Below are positions 7,188 to 16,987 of a stretch of DNA of 20,000 bases, one piece after another. Under the pieces are notes generated by a model, which saw nothing but the letters and a program-made list of their open reading frames with translations, had not been told where the DNA came from and ran no database searches. Within the stretch, counting starts at the first letter, position 1. Each line of letters starts with the position of its first letter. Origin of the DNA: Thelocarpon superellum (Eukaryota). Both the position numbers and the translations under genes were made by a program. Location of the stretch: positions 49,917 through 69,916 of the forward strand of contig JAPEUG010000041.1 in the NCBI GenBank assembly GCA_026025795.1, read 5' to 3'.

Positions 7188-10100
7188 TCATTTGCCACCT
7201 CCGCCGCGAACCCGCTTCCCCGTGTTCCCTGTATCACCGCTCTCCTCCTGGCCATCTTCACGCGGCCGTTTGTGACCGCCCGGGACGAACTGGCGGGCGC
7301 CGACGTTCAACCCGCCGCGTCCGGCTGGACTGTGTGGTCGGGATCCGGGTCCTGGTGGTGGCACGTTCGTCTGCACGTTGGGTGCGCTTCCTCCCCGTCC
7401 AGCGCCGCCTTGGCCGCGCCCGCGGCCGCCCGGGCCCCCTCGTGGAAGGTTGGAGCCGCCGCCTCGTGCGGTCTGGGTGGCGGGTGCGTTGGCCACGGGC
7501 GCTGGCGCTGCGGCACCGCCTCGACCACCGCGTCCACCGCGGCCGGCGGCACCGCCGCCACGCGGAATGGCCGATGGCGCCTGCCCCATGAGACTCCGGA
7601 GCGCGCCCGGCCCCGTGCCGGCGTTGGCAGCGTGCGAACCGGGGGCAGGCTTGGCCGGTAGCGTAGATGGCTTTGCGCTTGCTCCGCTTGCTCCGCTTGC
7701 CGACAGTGGAGGCACCGACGCTGGCTGGTGATTGGTCGACGGCGGCACGATCGCGTGGATTGGCGTCGGTTGGCCAAAGACACTGGCCACCGCGGCCGGG
7801 GCCGGCGCAAAGGTGGGCGTGGGCGCGGGCCCGTTCGTTGGCGGCGCAGGTACGGTGGCGGCCGGTGGCATACCCGCGGGACCGAACGGTGGCGCTGTGG
7901 CCGCCGCCGCAGGCGTGGGGACGGGCGCGGGTGCGGGTGCGGGTGCGGGCGCGGGCGCGGGCGCGGGCGGCGGCTTGGCCGCCTTGGCAATCTCCCACAC
8001 CTCACCCACCGGTCGTTGCGGCGTCTCCGAGGCGGCCCGTTGCACAATCTCCACCTTGACCACCAGCGTGCGCGCCTTGCCCTCGGCCATGCTGAGCTTC
8101 ACCTTCTGTCGCTGCTCCGCCATGGCAATGGCTTGCTCTTTCTCCTTCTCCGCCTTGCTCTGCGCCTCCTTGACCCTTTCCTGCGCCACCGAGTCCTGCT
8201 CCTCCCGTAGCTTCTTCGTTTGCGTCGCGATGTTGTTGCGGATGATGCTCTTCAGCGTCGCGTTGCTGCCCACCAGCTCCCGCGCCTGCGCATCCGAGAG
8301 CACCCACTGCGACACGGGAGTCTCCGACGGCTCGGCCTTGACCGCGGCCGCGGTGGCGGGAGCGGTCGTCGCCGGCTGGGAGGCGGACACGCGCGCCGTG
8401 ACCCGGCCGAGCTCTTCCGCGTGCGCCGCCTGCACGCGCTGCGCCTCGGCCTGGTGGGTGGCCGTCAGCGCGTCGAGTGCGGCCTGATGCTCGGCCTCCA
8501 GCTGTTGTCGGGTCTGCTCGCGCATCTGCTCCTTGGACTTCTTCAGTTGCTCGTTCAGCTGCGTGCGCATGCTGTCCGTCTTGCGCTTGTACTGCTCCTC
8601 TGCCAGCTTGACCCGCTCCGCGTGTCGGGCCTCGAGCGTCGCCTTGATGCCCTCCACCTGCTCGAGCACCGTCTGTCGCGTCTCGTCGTCCACCGGCGTC
8701 TGATCGAGGGCCGCGCTCACGTCGGCCGAGGTCTTGAGCGTCTCCACCTCCTGCTGTGCCTGGGCAAGATCCGCGCGGAGACGCTCCAGGTGCGCCGCCG
8801 CCTCGGCGTCGTGCGTCTCGGCGGCTTGGGTATGTGACATCTGGAGTTGCTGCACTTGCGCCTGAGCCTCGGTCAATCGTCGCGCCAGATCATCCTGCGT
8901 CTTCGTTAGCGGGCGTGATCTATTCATGGTGGCAGGAGCGCTCACCCGTTCCTCTTCGACCTCGGTCAACCGAGCCTGGAGCGTGGCCAACGCCGCTTCG
9001 GCCGTGTTGGCCCGGGCCTCGGCTGCGGCCTCGGCCGCCTTGGTGTCCATGGATGGATCCATCACGACCGCGCTGACGGCGGGCGCCGCCGCGGGAGTGA
9101 TTGCCGCTTCGGCCGACGGTGCGGCGGGGTCGGGCATGGCGACGTCCGCGTCGGCGGTCGGATCGCGCCCGGGGCCGGCGAGGGCCTGGTCGCGCTCGGC
9201 CTGGGCTGCGGCCAGGGCGGTGCGCAAGCTGACCAGCTCGGCCTCGAGCGAGGCCTTGTCGTTCGTCAGGGCCTGGCACTCGGCCGTCTTCTCGTTCTTG
9301 GCTTGCACCAGCGCGCGTGATCGCTCCTTGAACTGGTTCTTCATCTTCTCGCGCCCCTCGCTCCACTGGGCCGCTACCTCCTCCTGCGCCTGGCGGATCT
9401 GGTCCGGGATGGATGCGACCTGCGCCTGCAGTGGCGCCCAGGTGGCCTGCTCCGCCCGCAGCTCGTCCCGCGTCGTCTCTAATCCGGCGAGCTGCTCCTT
9501 GAGCGCCTCCATCTCGGCCGGGTCGACGCGGTCGTACTTCTGCAGGATGTGCTGGTTGCGCTGCTGGTACCGGTCGCGATCCTCCTTCAGCAGCCGCATC
9601 TCCCCCAGCTGCGTCTCCTTCTCGTTCTCCAGCGTGAGGATGGTGGCCCGCAGCGGCTCCATCTGCGCCACCAGCGCCTCCACCTCCCGGCTCTTCTCCG
9701 CCAGCGCCGCCTGCGCCTGGCGCGCCTCGTGACGCAGGGTGACGGTGCTCTCGCGGTAGAGGTTCAGCTCGTTGATCTTCTCCACCAGCTCGCTGTGCGT
9801 CATGTTCTGGCGCTGCTCATCGGCCTGCGCGTGGCGCGTCTGATCGAGCTTGAGCCGGGTGTCGTCGAGCTGCGACTGGGTGTAGTCGAGCTGCTGCTTG
9901 AGCCGCTTGGCCTCGCGCGTCGAGAGGTCCAGCTGCACGTCGACAATGTCCTTGCTCTCGCGGATGTAGCGCACCAGCTCCCGCAGCTCCTCCGCCGACC
10001 GATCCGTCGCCACGCCCGTCGTCGGGCCCGCGGCGTCGTCGCCTTGGCCGTCGCCGTCGCCGTCGCCATCGCCATCGCCCTCGGCGTCGGGAAAAGCGGC

Positions 10101-13100
10101 GCGGTGCTGCTGCAACGCGCTGACCTGGCCACTGAGGTGGTCGAGCTGTTGGTGCAGCAGCTTGTTCTGCGCGTCCACGTTGTCGCCTCGCACCCGCAGC
10201 TCGGCCATCTCGCGCTCGTACCGGTCCTTGCGTTCCTCCCAGCTGAGCTCGCCCTGGCGGAGGGCCGTCTGCGCCACCTCGACCTCGGTGCGCAGGCCGA
10301 CGACCTCGCTCTTCAGCTCGTGGTAGTCGGCGCGGGCGGTCTGCAGCGCCTTGGCCGCCTCGGCGTGCTTGAGCAGCTCGTTCTCGTAGTTCTGCTGCGC
10401 CTGTCGCGCGATCTCGGCCTGCGCCTTGACGTACTCTTGATTGAATTGCGCCGCCGTGGCATGACGCTCGTCTTCCGTCTTGAGCCGGACGATCTCGGCT
10501 TCCAGTGTGGCCTTGTGCTCGTCGACCTGTCGGAGCTGCTCGGCCTGCATGTCGCGCACGGCGGCGAGGTCGCGGTGGGCCGTGGCCAGCTCGGTCGTGA
10601 CATCCTCGACTCGGTGCTCGAGGTCGCGGATGCGGGCGTCGCGGCTCTCGACGACGCGATCCGTGTCCTCGCGATACTGCTCGTGCGTGTGCAGCTCCTC
10701 CTCAAGCGACTCCCCGATGGCCTTGAATTGCGCGATCTGGATCGTTTTGGTGTCGAGCTCGCGTCGGGCCACGTCGAGCTCTTCGCGCACGTCAGCGAGG
10801 TCTTGTGCGAGCTCGTCCTCCCGGCTCACGGCCGCCTCCTCGTCCTCCTCTGCCTCCTCGGTGGGCGGGGCCGGCGTGGCGTCGGATGTGGGGGCCGCGG
10901 GCGCGGGCGCGCGGGGGGTCGGCCGTGGCGCCAGCTGCTGGGCGCGTTCTTCGGCACTCTTGAGCGCGACGGAGAGCTCGTCGACGCGGGCCTGGAGCAG
11001 ATCCTTGGTCGTCTTGGCCGCGACCAGCTCCTCGCGTACCGCGCCGAGGTTGGCGCGCAGGTCGTCGATGGTCTTGCGCGCCTGCGTGGCGTCGTAGTCG
11101 TGGCGCAGCGTGGCCTTCTTGCCGTCGTCGACCTCGTCCGCCAGCTGGCGTCGCGTGGCCTGCAGCTCGGTCTCGAGAGCCTCCAGCTGGCCGTGCAGCT
11201 TGCGCCGGCTCTCGGCGTCGGCCAGCTCGCGCTCGTTCTGCAGATTCTGCATGCTGGCGATCATGCGGTTCAAGCGGGCGCGCTCGCTGGTCAGGTTCTC
11301 GTGGTCGTCGGTCAGACGCTGCTCGATGCGCTTCCAGAGTTCCTTCTCCGCCTTGAGGTTGGCCGTCTCGTTGCGCATGCCGTCGACGACGGCCTTGGCC
11401 TCGATCAGCTCCTCGGCCACCTGCTGGGTGCGCATGTCCTGCTTGGCCGCGCCCTCGGCCAGGGCGTGCGAGCGCTTCTGCAGCTCCGCGTTCTCCGTCT
11501 TGAGCATGTCGTAGTTGGCCTGCAGCATCTCGTAGCGCTCGCGCGCCAGCGTAACCTGGCTGTGGGTGCGTGCCACCTCGGCCTGCAGCTCGCCCTTATC
11601 GTGCGCCAGCCGCTCGCTCTGCTCCTTGAGGGCGCGGTGGTCGGTCATGGCCTCCTCCCGGTAGGCATCGAAGTGCTGCTGCATCTCCTTGAGTACACGG
11701 CCGAGATCGGCGGCGTCCTTGGCGCCGGGGGAGGCCTCGGTGGAGACGACGGAGCCGGCGCGGTGCGGCGTCACGGGGGTGCTGCCGTCGACCGACTGGC
11801 CGAAGAGGCTGGTGAGGTCGGCGTGGGGCGGCAGCGGGCCGCGATGCTGCAACATGCGTCGGAACATGTCGCGCTCCTTGACGTAGCTCTGCGACTTGAC
11901 GACCATGGTCTTCATCTCGTCCTTGTACCGCTCCACCTTGCCGCGCAGCGTCTGCAGCTCCGCGCGATCCTGCAAGTTCTGGTCCTGTTGCTTGCGGGCC
12001 TCGGCGCCCTCGAGGCTGTCGCCGAGCTCACGGGTGATCTTGAGCAGGCTCAGGTTCTGCTCCTGCAGCTCCTGGATGTTCTTGAACACGGTGAGTCGCT
12101 GGCTGATCAGCTGGCCGGTGGCGGTCAAGCCCTCGAGCGCGGCGGCGTCGAGGTCGCCGCGGGCCAGCTGCTCGAGCTGGCGCTGGGCGGCGGGGTCCAA
12201 GGGGTCAAGACCCTCGTCGCGCGCGTGCACCTCGCTCAGGAGCACCTTGACCTGGGCGCTGAGGTCGCGCAGCTGCTGGCGCAGCACTTCGCCCTCGCGC
12301 CGCTGGCCCTCGACCTGGCCACCCCACTTGCGCGCGTCCCTCTTGGCCTTGTCGCGCTCCCTGCCAATCTCCTCCAGCAGGGCGGTCATCTCGACGACCT
12401 CGGACTCGAGGCGCTCGTGCTCCTGGCGCATCTCCTGGATCTCGGGCTGTTTGGATTCGAGGTCGCGGATCATCTCGTCGATGGTGGCGCTGAGCTTCTC
12501 GTTGCGGCGTCGCTCGCGTTCCAGCTCGGCCTGGACGCTGCTGTAGTCGCTGTACATCTGCGTGAGACTGAGGCCGCCCTTGAGCCGGCCGGAGGCGGGG
12601 GACATGGCGGCGTCGCGGCCGGGGGTGCCGGGAGTACCGACGCCGTTAGTGTCGCGGCCGGGGGTGCCCGCGACCGAGGGCTGGCGGCGCAGGGTGTCGA
12701 GGTCGGCTTCGGCGCGCTCGAGTTGCACCTCGAGCTCGGTGAGGCGGCGCTCGGCATTGTCGCGCTCGGCGCGCTCCGTCTCGACTTGGGCGTGCGCGTG
12801 CGCGAGGTCGTCGGCCGCATCCTCCTTGGCCTGGTCGAGGCTGGCCTGGACCTCCTTCAGGCGCTCGCGCGCCGTCTGGGCGGAGCTTTCCAGCAGATGG
12901 GCCAGGCGCTGGGAGGCCTCGAGCTCCTTGCGGAAGGACTCCTGCTCCTTGGCCGCGTCTTCCTGCAGCCGCTGGACCTTGGCAAAGGCGTCGTCGGCCT
13001 TCTGTCCGACTTGCTCGAGGCGGGCGCGTAAGGTGGTCTCGGTGCGACGCAGGGCGTCGACGGTGGCGTTGGCCTCGTCATTCTGGCGTTGCAGCTCGGC

Positions 13101-13793
13101 GATGCGGGCGCCCTTCTCCTTGCGGTGCTTGACCAGCTCGGCGGTCTTGGCCTTGAGCTCGCTGTCGAGGTAGTCGTTGCTGCGCTGGACCAGCTCCATC
13201 TCCTGCTGCAGGCTGGCCTCGCGGAACTTGGTGGTGGTGGAGGCGGCGCTGGCTTGCTGGAGCGACTGCTCCACGGTGGACAGCTCCCTGCGCAGGTCGA
13301 CGCTCTTCTGGTGTTGGGCGGCGAGGTCCTCGGCGAGCTTGTCGTGGGCCGTGGTCTTGGCCTCCAACAGGGCGACGGTGTCGCGGCCGGACGACTCGAG
13401 CGAGGCGATGCGGGCGCGGAGCGATTGGACGTCGGCGTGCGAGGTGGCGGTGGAGGAGCGGACGGCCTGGAGCTCGGCCTCGAGGGTCGAGCGGGCGTTC
13501 TGGGCGTCGGTGAGCTGTCGCCGGAGCTCGGCCACGTCTTTCAGGGCCTTGTCGACGCTGGCCTTGAGCCCGCGGGTGCGGGCGTCGGCGGAACGCACGG
13601 CATTCTCCAGCTCGACGTCGACGCGGAGCTTGTCGGCCTTGGTCTCGTCATGCTCACGCGCCTTGGCGGCGACGGCCTGGAGGACGGCATGGACGAGGTC
13701 GATGGTAGGGGCGTCGACGATGGTGGTGAGAGTCGACGGAGGGAGGGCGAGGTAGGTCGAGAGGTAGGCGGTGTCGATGACGGCGGCCGCCAT
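7188..13793 (-). CDS. MLP1: Nuclear-basket coiled-coil nucleoporin Mlp1/Tpr homolog (~2184 aa spliced); probable intron 8945-8895
   Basis: Likely start MAAAVIDTAYLSTYL (ATG at 13793). Very long heptad coiled coil with Tpr/Mlp-like segments: QVLRQQLRDLSAQVKVLL-like, ISQRLTVFKNIQELQEQNLSLLKITREL, AQQNYENELLKHAEAAKAL, INELNLYRESTVTLRHE, ILQKYDRVDPAEMEALK. Ends in a Pro/Ala/RGG-rich tail with a bipartite NLS-like KRPRE...KRVR. Confidence 0.92.
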   Translation of the reverse strand: MAAAVIDTAYLSTYLALPPSTLTTIVDAPTIDLVHAVLQAVAAKAREHDETKADKLRVDVELENAVRSADARTRGLKASVDKALKDVAELRRQLTDAQNARSTLEAELQAVRSSTATSHADVQSLRARIASLESSGRDTVALLEAKTTAHDKLAEDLAAQHQKSVDLRRELSTVEQSLQQASAASTTTKFREASLQQEMELVQRSNDYLDSELKAKTAELVKHRKEKGARIAELQRQNDEANATVDALRRTETTLRARLEQVGQKADDAFAKVQRLQEDAAKEQESFRKELEASQRLAHLLESSAQTARERLKEVQASLDQAKEDAADDLAHAHAQVETERAERDNAERRLTELEVQLERAEADLDTLRRQPSVAGTPGRDTNGVGTPGTPGRDAAMSPASGRLKGGLSLTQMYSDYSSVQAELERERRRNEKLSATIDEMIRDLESKQPEIQEMRQEHERLESEVVEMTALLEEIGRERDKAKRDARKWGGQVEGQRREGEVLRQQLRDLSAQVKVLLSEVHARDEGLDPLDPAAQRQLEQLARGDLDAAALEGLTATGQLISQRLTVFKNIQELQEQNLSLLKITRELGDSLEGAEARKQQDQNLQDRAELQTLRGKVERYKDEMKTMVVKSQSYVKERDMFRRMLQHRGPLPPHADLTSLFGQSVDGSTPVTPHRAGSVVSTEASPGAKDAADLGRVLKEMQQHFDAYREEAMTDHRALKEQSERLAHDKGELQAEVARTHSQVTLARERYEMLQANYDMLKTENAELQKRSHALAEGAAKQDMRTQQVAEELIEAKAVVDGMRNETANLKAEKELWKRIEQRLTDDHENLTSERARLNRMIASMQNLQNERELADAESRRKLHGQLEALETELQATRRQLADEVDDGKKATLRHDYDATQARKTIDDLRANLGAVREELVAAKTTKDLLQARVDELSVALKSAEERAQQLAPRPTPRAPAPAAPTSDATPAPPTEEAEEDEEAAVSREDELAQDLADVREELDVARRELDTKTIQIAQFKAIGESLEEELHTHEQYREDTDRVVESRDARIRDLEHRVEDVTTELATAHRDLAAVRDMQAEQLRQVDEHKATLEAEIVRLKTEDERHATAAQFNQEYVKAQAEIARQAQQNYENELLKHAEAAKALQTARADYHELKSEVVGLRTEVEVAQTALRQGELSWEERKDRYEREMAELRVRGDNVDAQNKLLHQQLDHLSGQVSALQQHRAAFPDAEGDGDGDGDGDGQGDDAAGPTTGVATDRSAEELRELVRYIRESKDIVDVQLDLSTREAKRLKQQLDYTQSQLDDTRLKLDQTRHAQADEQRQNMTHSELVEKINELNLYRESTVTLRHEARQAQAALAEKSREVEALVAQMEPLRATILTLENEKETQLGEMRLLKEDRDRYQQRNQHILQKYDRVDPAEMEALKEQLAGLETTRDELRAEQATWAPLQAQVASIPDQIRQAQEEVAAQWSEGREKMKNQFKERSRALVQAKNEKTAECQALTNDKASLEAELVSLRTALAAAQAERDQALAGPGRDPTADADVAMPDPAAPSAEAAITPAAAPAVSAVVMDPSMDTKAAEAAAEARANTAEAALATLQARLTEVEEERVSAPATMNRSRPLTKTQDDLARRLTEAQAQVQQLQMSHTQAAETHDAEAAAHLERLRADLAQAQQEVETLKTSADVSAALDQTPVDDETRQTVLEQVEGIKATLEARHAERVKLAEEQYKRKTDSMRTQLNEQLKKSKEQMREQTRQQLEAEHQAALDALTATHQAEAQRVQAAHAEELGRVTARVSASQPATTAPATAAAVKAEPSETPVSQWVLSDAQARELVGSNATLKSIIRNNIATQTKKLREEQDSVAQERVKEAQSKAEKEKEQAIAMAEQRQKVKLSMAEGKARTLVVKVEIVQRAASETPQRPVGEVWEIAKAAKPPPAPAPAPAPAPAPAPVPTPAAAATAPPFGPAGMPPAATVPAPPTNGPAPTPTFAPAPAAVASVFGQPTPIHAIVPPSTNHQPASVPPLSASGASGASAKPSTLPAKPAPGSHAANAGTGPGALRSLMGQAPSAIPRGGGAAGRGGRGGRGGAAAPAPVANAPATQTARGGGSNLPRGGPGGRGRGQGGAGRGGSAPNVQTNVPPPGPGSRPHSPAGRGGLNVGARQFVPGGHKRPREDGQEESGDTGNTGKRVRGGGGK

Positions 13794-14621
13794 GATGACG
13801 GGCCCGCGACCGGTCACAGCACCCTTCTCTAGGGAGATGCCCGGAGATCGGTTGGAGTGAGAGCCCGCGACCCTACTCCATCACCTCACCACGGACGCGC
13901 TGGAGATCGACGGCATCCGCGAGGGTGATGCGGCTCTTTCGCTCCGCTTGGTGGGTTGGGGGTTGTGAAGCTTGTGAGCGTTGTGAGCGTCTTGATCGTC
14001 GGAAGTGTGTCGTGAGCGTCGTGAGTGTCGTGAGTTGGGCGTTCCCTCCGATGGATGGGGCGGAGATGGGCACCAGCCGAGGTATGCACGGGGCGCCTCT
14101 GATGTTCTCGGGCTCCGTCCGATGAAGGGAGGTCCCTCGGTGAGTGTCTTGGGAGTCAGTCCTCGGGGAGTTCCTGGAGTCACTGGAGTGTTTGGCGGTG
14201 TTTGGCGTGGCTGGTGTTCTTGATCCCATTGATACTTTTCTCTTGGCGCGGATGACATAAGCCAGGTACCGACCAGCGGCGGGTGGAGTAGCGGCGTCGC
14301 AGGTACCACGATACCGAGGATCTAGTACGGGAGGACTCCTGTCACTAAATAATGTTACCTTCGTTCCCATTCCTCCACTCGGCTCCCCGTCTCATCTCCC
14401 CCGCCAGGGAAGAGGGCCTTCCATCTTTCCTCTGTTGCCCTTTGCTCTCATCAACATCCCAACACGAGGGACTCGACTTCCCTTGGCTACCGTAACAATC
14501 GTGCGGATGGGCCCGGCGGAGGTATTGCAAGTGATGCTCTAGGACGCCTTGGCCGCCTGTCTGTCATCTCTCCTCCGGTGTCTCTCTCGGCCTCGCTCCT
14601 CACCCGGCCTCTCCGGCCGCC

Positions 14622-15506
14622 ATGTCGTACCTCCAGAAACAAGTGGATGCCTTCAGGACCGATCTCTCCTCCACCTCGGCCAAGATCTCCAACAAGCGGA
14701 CCGTCGGCCCGCCCTCCGCTCCGGCCACGTCGACGCCGTCCTCGACGCCGCCGACGCTCAACCCGGGCAAAAATGAGCTCAAACGGAAACGTCCCGAGGC
14801 CCCAGCCATCGTCTACTCGCAGCCGGCGGACACGGGCACGGGACGGTACATCATGACGCAGGTGACATATGCCGTGGAGCATCTCAAGAAGAAGGAGGCG
14901 CCCCGGACGCTGGCGCAGATCGTGGACCACCTGAGCCTGCAGAGTCAGAACCACGACAGCCGCAAGAACATCGCGCAGATCCTCAAGCGCCACGAGCGGG
15001 TCGAGTTCTCGCGCGACCCCAACTCGCCCGCCTGGGACGCGGGCACGTATCGCTTCCGGCCGATGCACAACATCCGCTCGGCCACGGAGCTGCTGGCCCA
15101 TCTCCAGAACCAGCGGTCGGCGCAGGGCCTCTCGGTGCGGGAGCTGAAGGAGGGCTGGTCGGGGGCGGAGGAAGCGATCGACCTGCTGGAGTCACGCAAC
15201 AACATCCTGGTGACGCGCAACAAGAAGGACAACCACGCGCGCATGGTCTGGGCCAACGACCCGTCGCTGGCGCAGCACGTCGACCCGGAGTTCCAGGCGC
15301 TATGGCACGCCATCAAGCTGCCCGGCAAGGACGAGCTCCCCGCCGAGCTGGTCAAGCTGGGCCACAAGCCGACCAGCTCCGACCCGAGCATCCCGTCGGC
15401 GCGCAACGTCAAGGAGAAGAAGGCCAAGAAGCCGAAACGGGGCGGCCGCACGACCAACACCCACATGCTGGGCATTCTCCGCGACTATTCCTCCTTTAAG
15501 AAGTAA
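14622..15506 (+). CDS. TFA2: Transcription initiation factor TFIIE beta subunit (294 aa, no intron evident)
   Basis: Motifs VYSQPADTGTG..IMTQVTYAVEHLK, YRFRPMHNIRSATELLAHLQ, GLSVRELKEGWSGAEEAIDLLE, ILVTRNKKD..ARMVWAND and VDPEFQALWH, plus the basic C-terminus KKPKRGGRTTNTHM. Confidence 0.95.
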   Translation: MSYLQKQVDAFRTDLSSTSAKISNKRTVGPPSAPATSTPSSTPPTLNPGKNELKRKRPEAPAIVYSQPADTGTGRYIMTQVTYAVEHLKKKEAPRTLAQIVDHLSLQSQNHDSRKNIAQILKRHERVEFSRDPNSPAWDAGTYRFRPMHNIRSATELLAHLQNQRSAQGLSVRELKEGWSGAEEAIDLLESRNNILVTRNKKDNHARMVWANDPSLAQHVDPEFQALWHAIKLPGKDELPAELVKLGHKPTSSDPSIPSARNVKEKKAKKPKRGGRTTNTHMLGILRDYSSFKK

Positions 15507-15674
15507 GCGTGCGGCGTGGTGTGCGGGCGTCGAGACAATGCATCTCTCGGCGTCAGCGGATCAATGGGGATGAACCGGGCCACATGGGACGGCATAGGTG
15601 GCGCGGCGTGGGTCTCAGGCGCGTCAAGACGTGTATTGCTCGACCAAGGCACAGGGAAATCTATAGAAATCCAA

Positions 15675-16461
15675 TCACGGCGTAGGCAGGCCATCTGCAC
15701 CCGTCGTTCCCTTCTCCTCCACACGGGCTCCACCATCGCGACGGTCAAGATAGAGCACCAGATCCTCGATCGTGCAGCAGCGCAGGCCCCATCGGCGCGC
15801 AAAGCGCAGACAGGCCTCCTTGCGCATCATGCCCGCCCCCGCGTACTCCGGCACGCCCGGCACCTCCTTGCCATCCTCCACCAACTCACCGATGACCGCC
15901 GTATCGCCCCGGCCCGCCAGCCGGCAAAACTCCACCGCCGCCTCCGTGTGGCCCTTGCGCTCGCGCACGCCCCCGTCCCGCGCCGTCAGCGGCAGGACGT
16001 GCCCCGGTCGCCGGAGCCGGTCGGCCGTCGCGTCATCACCCGCGAGCGTGCGGCAGGTCAGGGCCCGGTCGGCGGCGGAAATGCCCGTCGTGACGGCCGC
16101 GTCGTTCGCGTCCACGGAGATGGTGTAGGGCGTACCATTCGGGTCTTGGTTCTTCGTCACCATCGCCGGTAGGCCGAGGCGCGCGGCACGCCCCGCCGGC
16201 ATGGGCGCGCAGATGTAGCCGGACGTGTGTCGGATCATGAAGGCGCATTTGTCGGTGGTGAGGGCTTGCGCCGCGATGATCAGGTCGCCCTCGTTCTCGC
16301 GTGAGGGCGAGTCGAGCACGATGATGAAGGAGCCCTTTTCTACTCCGGGCTGTTAGCATGGCGGGTGAGAATGGAACGCGGGAAGGGCCGTCCGTACTGA
16401 AGGCCTCAACGGTCTCCTCGATCGTGTCGAAGTCCAATTCGGCATCCGTCGCGAATGCCAT
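15675..16461 (-). CDS. RIB3: 3,4-dihydroxy-2-butanone-4-phosphate synthase (riboflavin biosynthesis), ~242 aa; exons 16461-16398, 16339-15675
   Basis: Exon 1 encodes MAFATDAELDFDTIEETVEAF. Intron 16397-16340 (GTACGG...GCTAAC...TAG, 58 nt) joins in frame to KKGSFIIVLDSPSRENEGDLIIAA. Further motifs: TTGISAADRALT, RRPGHVLPL, RKGHTEAAVE. Confidence 0.96.
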
Positions 16462-16987
16462 GGTGTCGTGGGCCGAGGCCAATGCGGAGAGGCAAGGCAA
16501 GACCCCGCCGGGGGAATGAAGTGGACGATGGACGATGAACGATGGACGGGGACAGCTTCACGATCTATATGGAACTCGTGCGGCGAGCGTCCTGCACACG
16601 GACGTCCGTTTCAATGGCGAGCGCATCCTCGGCCGCTCAATGGCACAGACGATGCTGACATGGCGTCGAGAAGATGATTGTCTAATCATCGATCATCCTC
16701 AACTTTGAACTCGCCGACCGCATCTCCGCCGACGCCCTCGCCCCTCCGATTACGGCATCACTCAAGTACGAGCGGTTGGTGGACATTACGCACGGCGCTC
16801 TCCCGCCCCCGGCTCCCGGCCCCGGGCCCCCGGCGGTAGCCGTGAACGTGACGGGCCCCCGGGCACCCACGACAGCTTACCTAAGCCTTCAATGGCATCG
16901 TCGTTGACGGGTGGAAATGTCGACGATGGCACTTCATGTGGAACAGCGTCTGGAGTGCCTTGACACGACCATGATGCTCCCCCCTCG

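Noticed and set aside
6911..7591. 226-aa ORF with GKERK repeats
   Set aside because: A translation of the (GGAAA)n microsatellite plus antisense overlap with the MLP1 3' end.
7923..7969. Hexamer repeat encoding (PA)n in the Mlp1 tail, and a similar (GD)n repeat near 10047-10079
   Set aside because: Ordinary coding microsatellite slippage in disordered linkers.
9549..13031. 1160-aa ORF antisense to MLP1, plus many other long overlapping ORFs
   Set aside because: A shadow ORF in codon register with a highly GC3-biased gene. Its L/V/G/A-rich translation is the reverse complement of E/Q/K/D codons, and no domain is recognisable.
13873..14370. Several 140-165-aa minus-strand ORFs upstream of MLP1
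   Set aside because: Overlapping low-complexity ORFs in multiple frames with no recognisable motifs. Most likely 5' UTR or promoter sequence.
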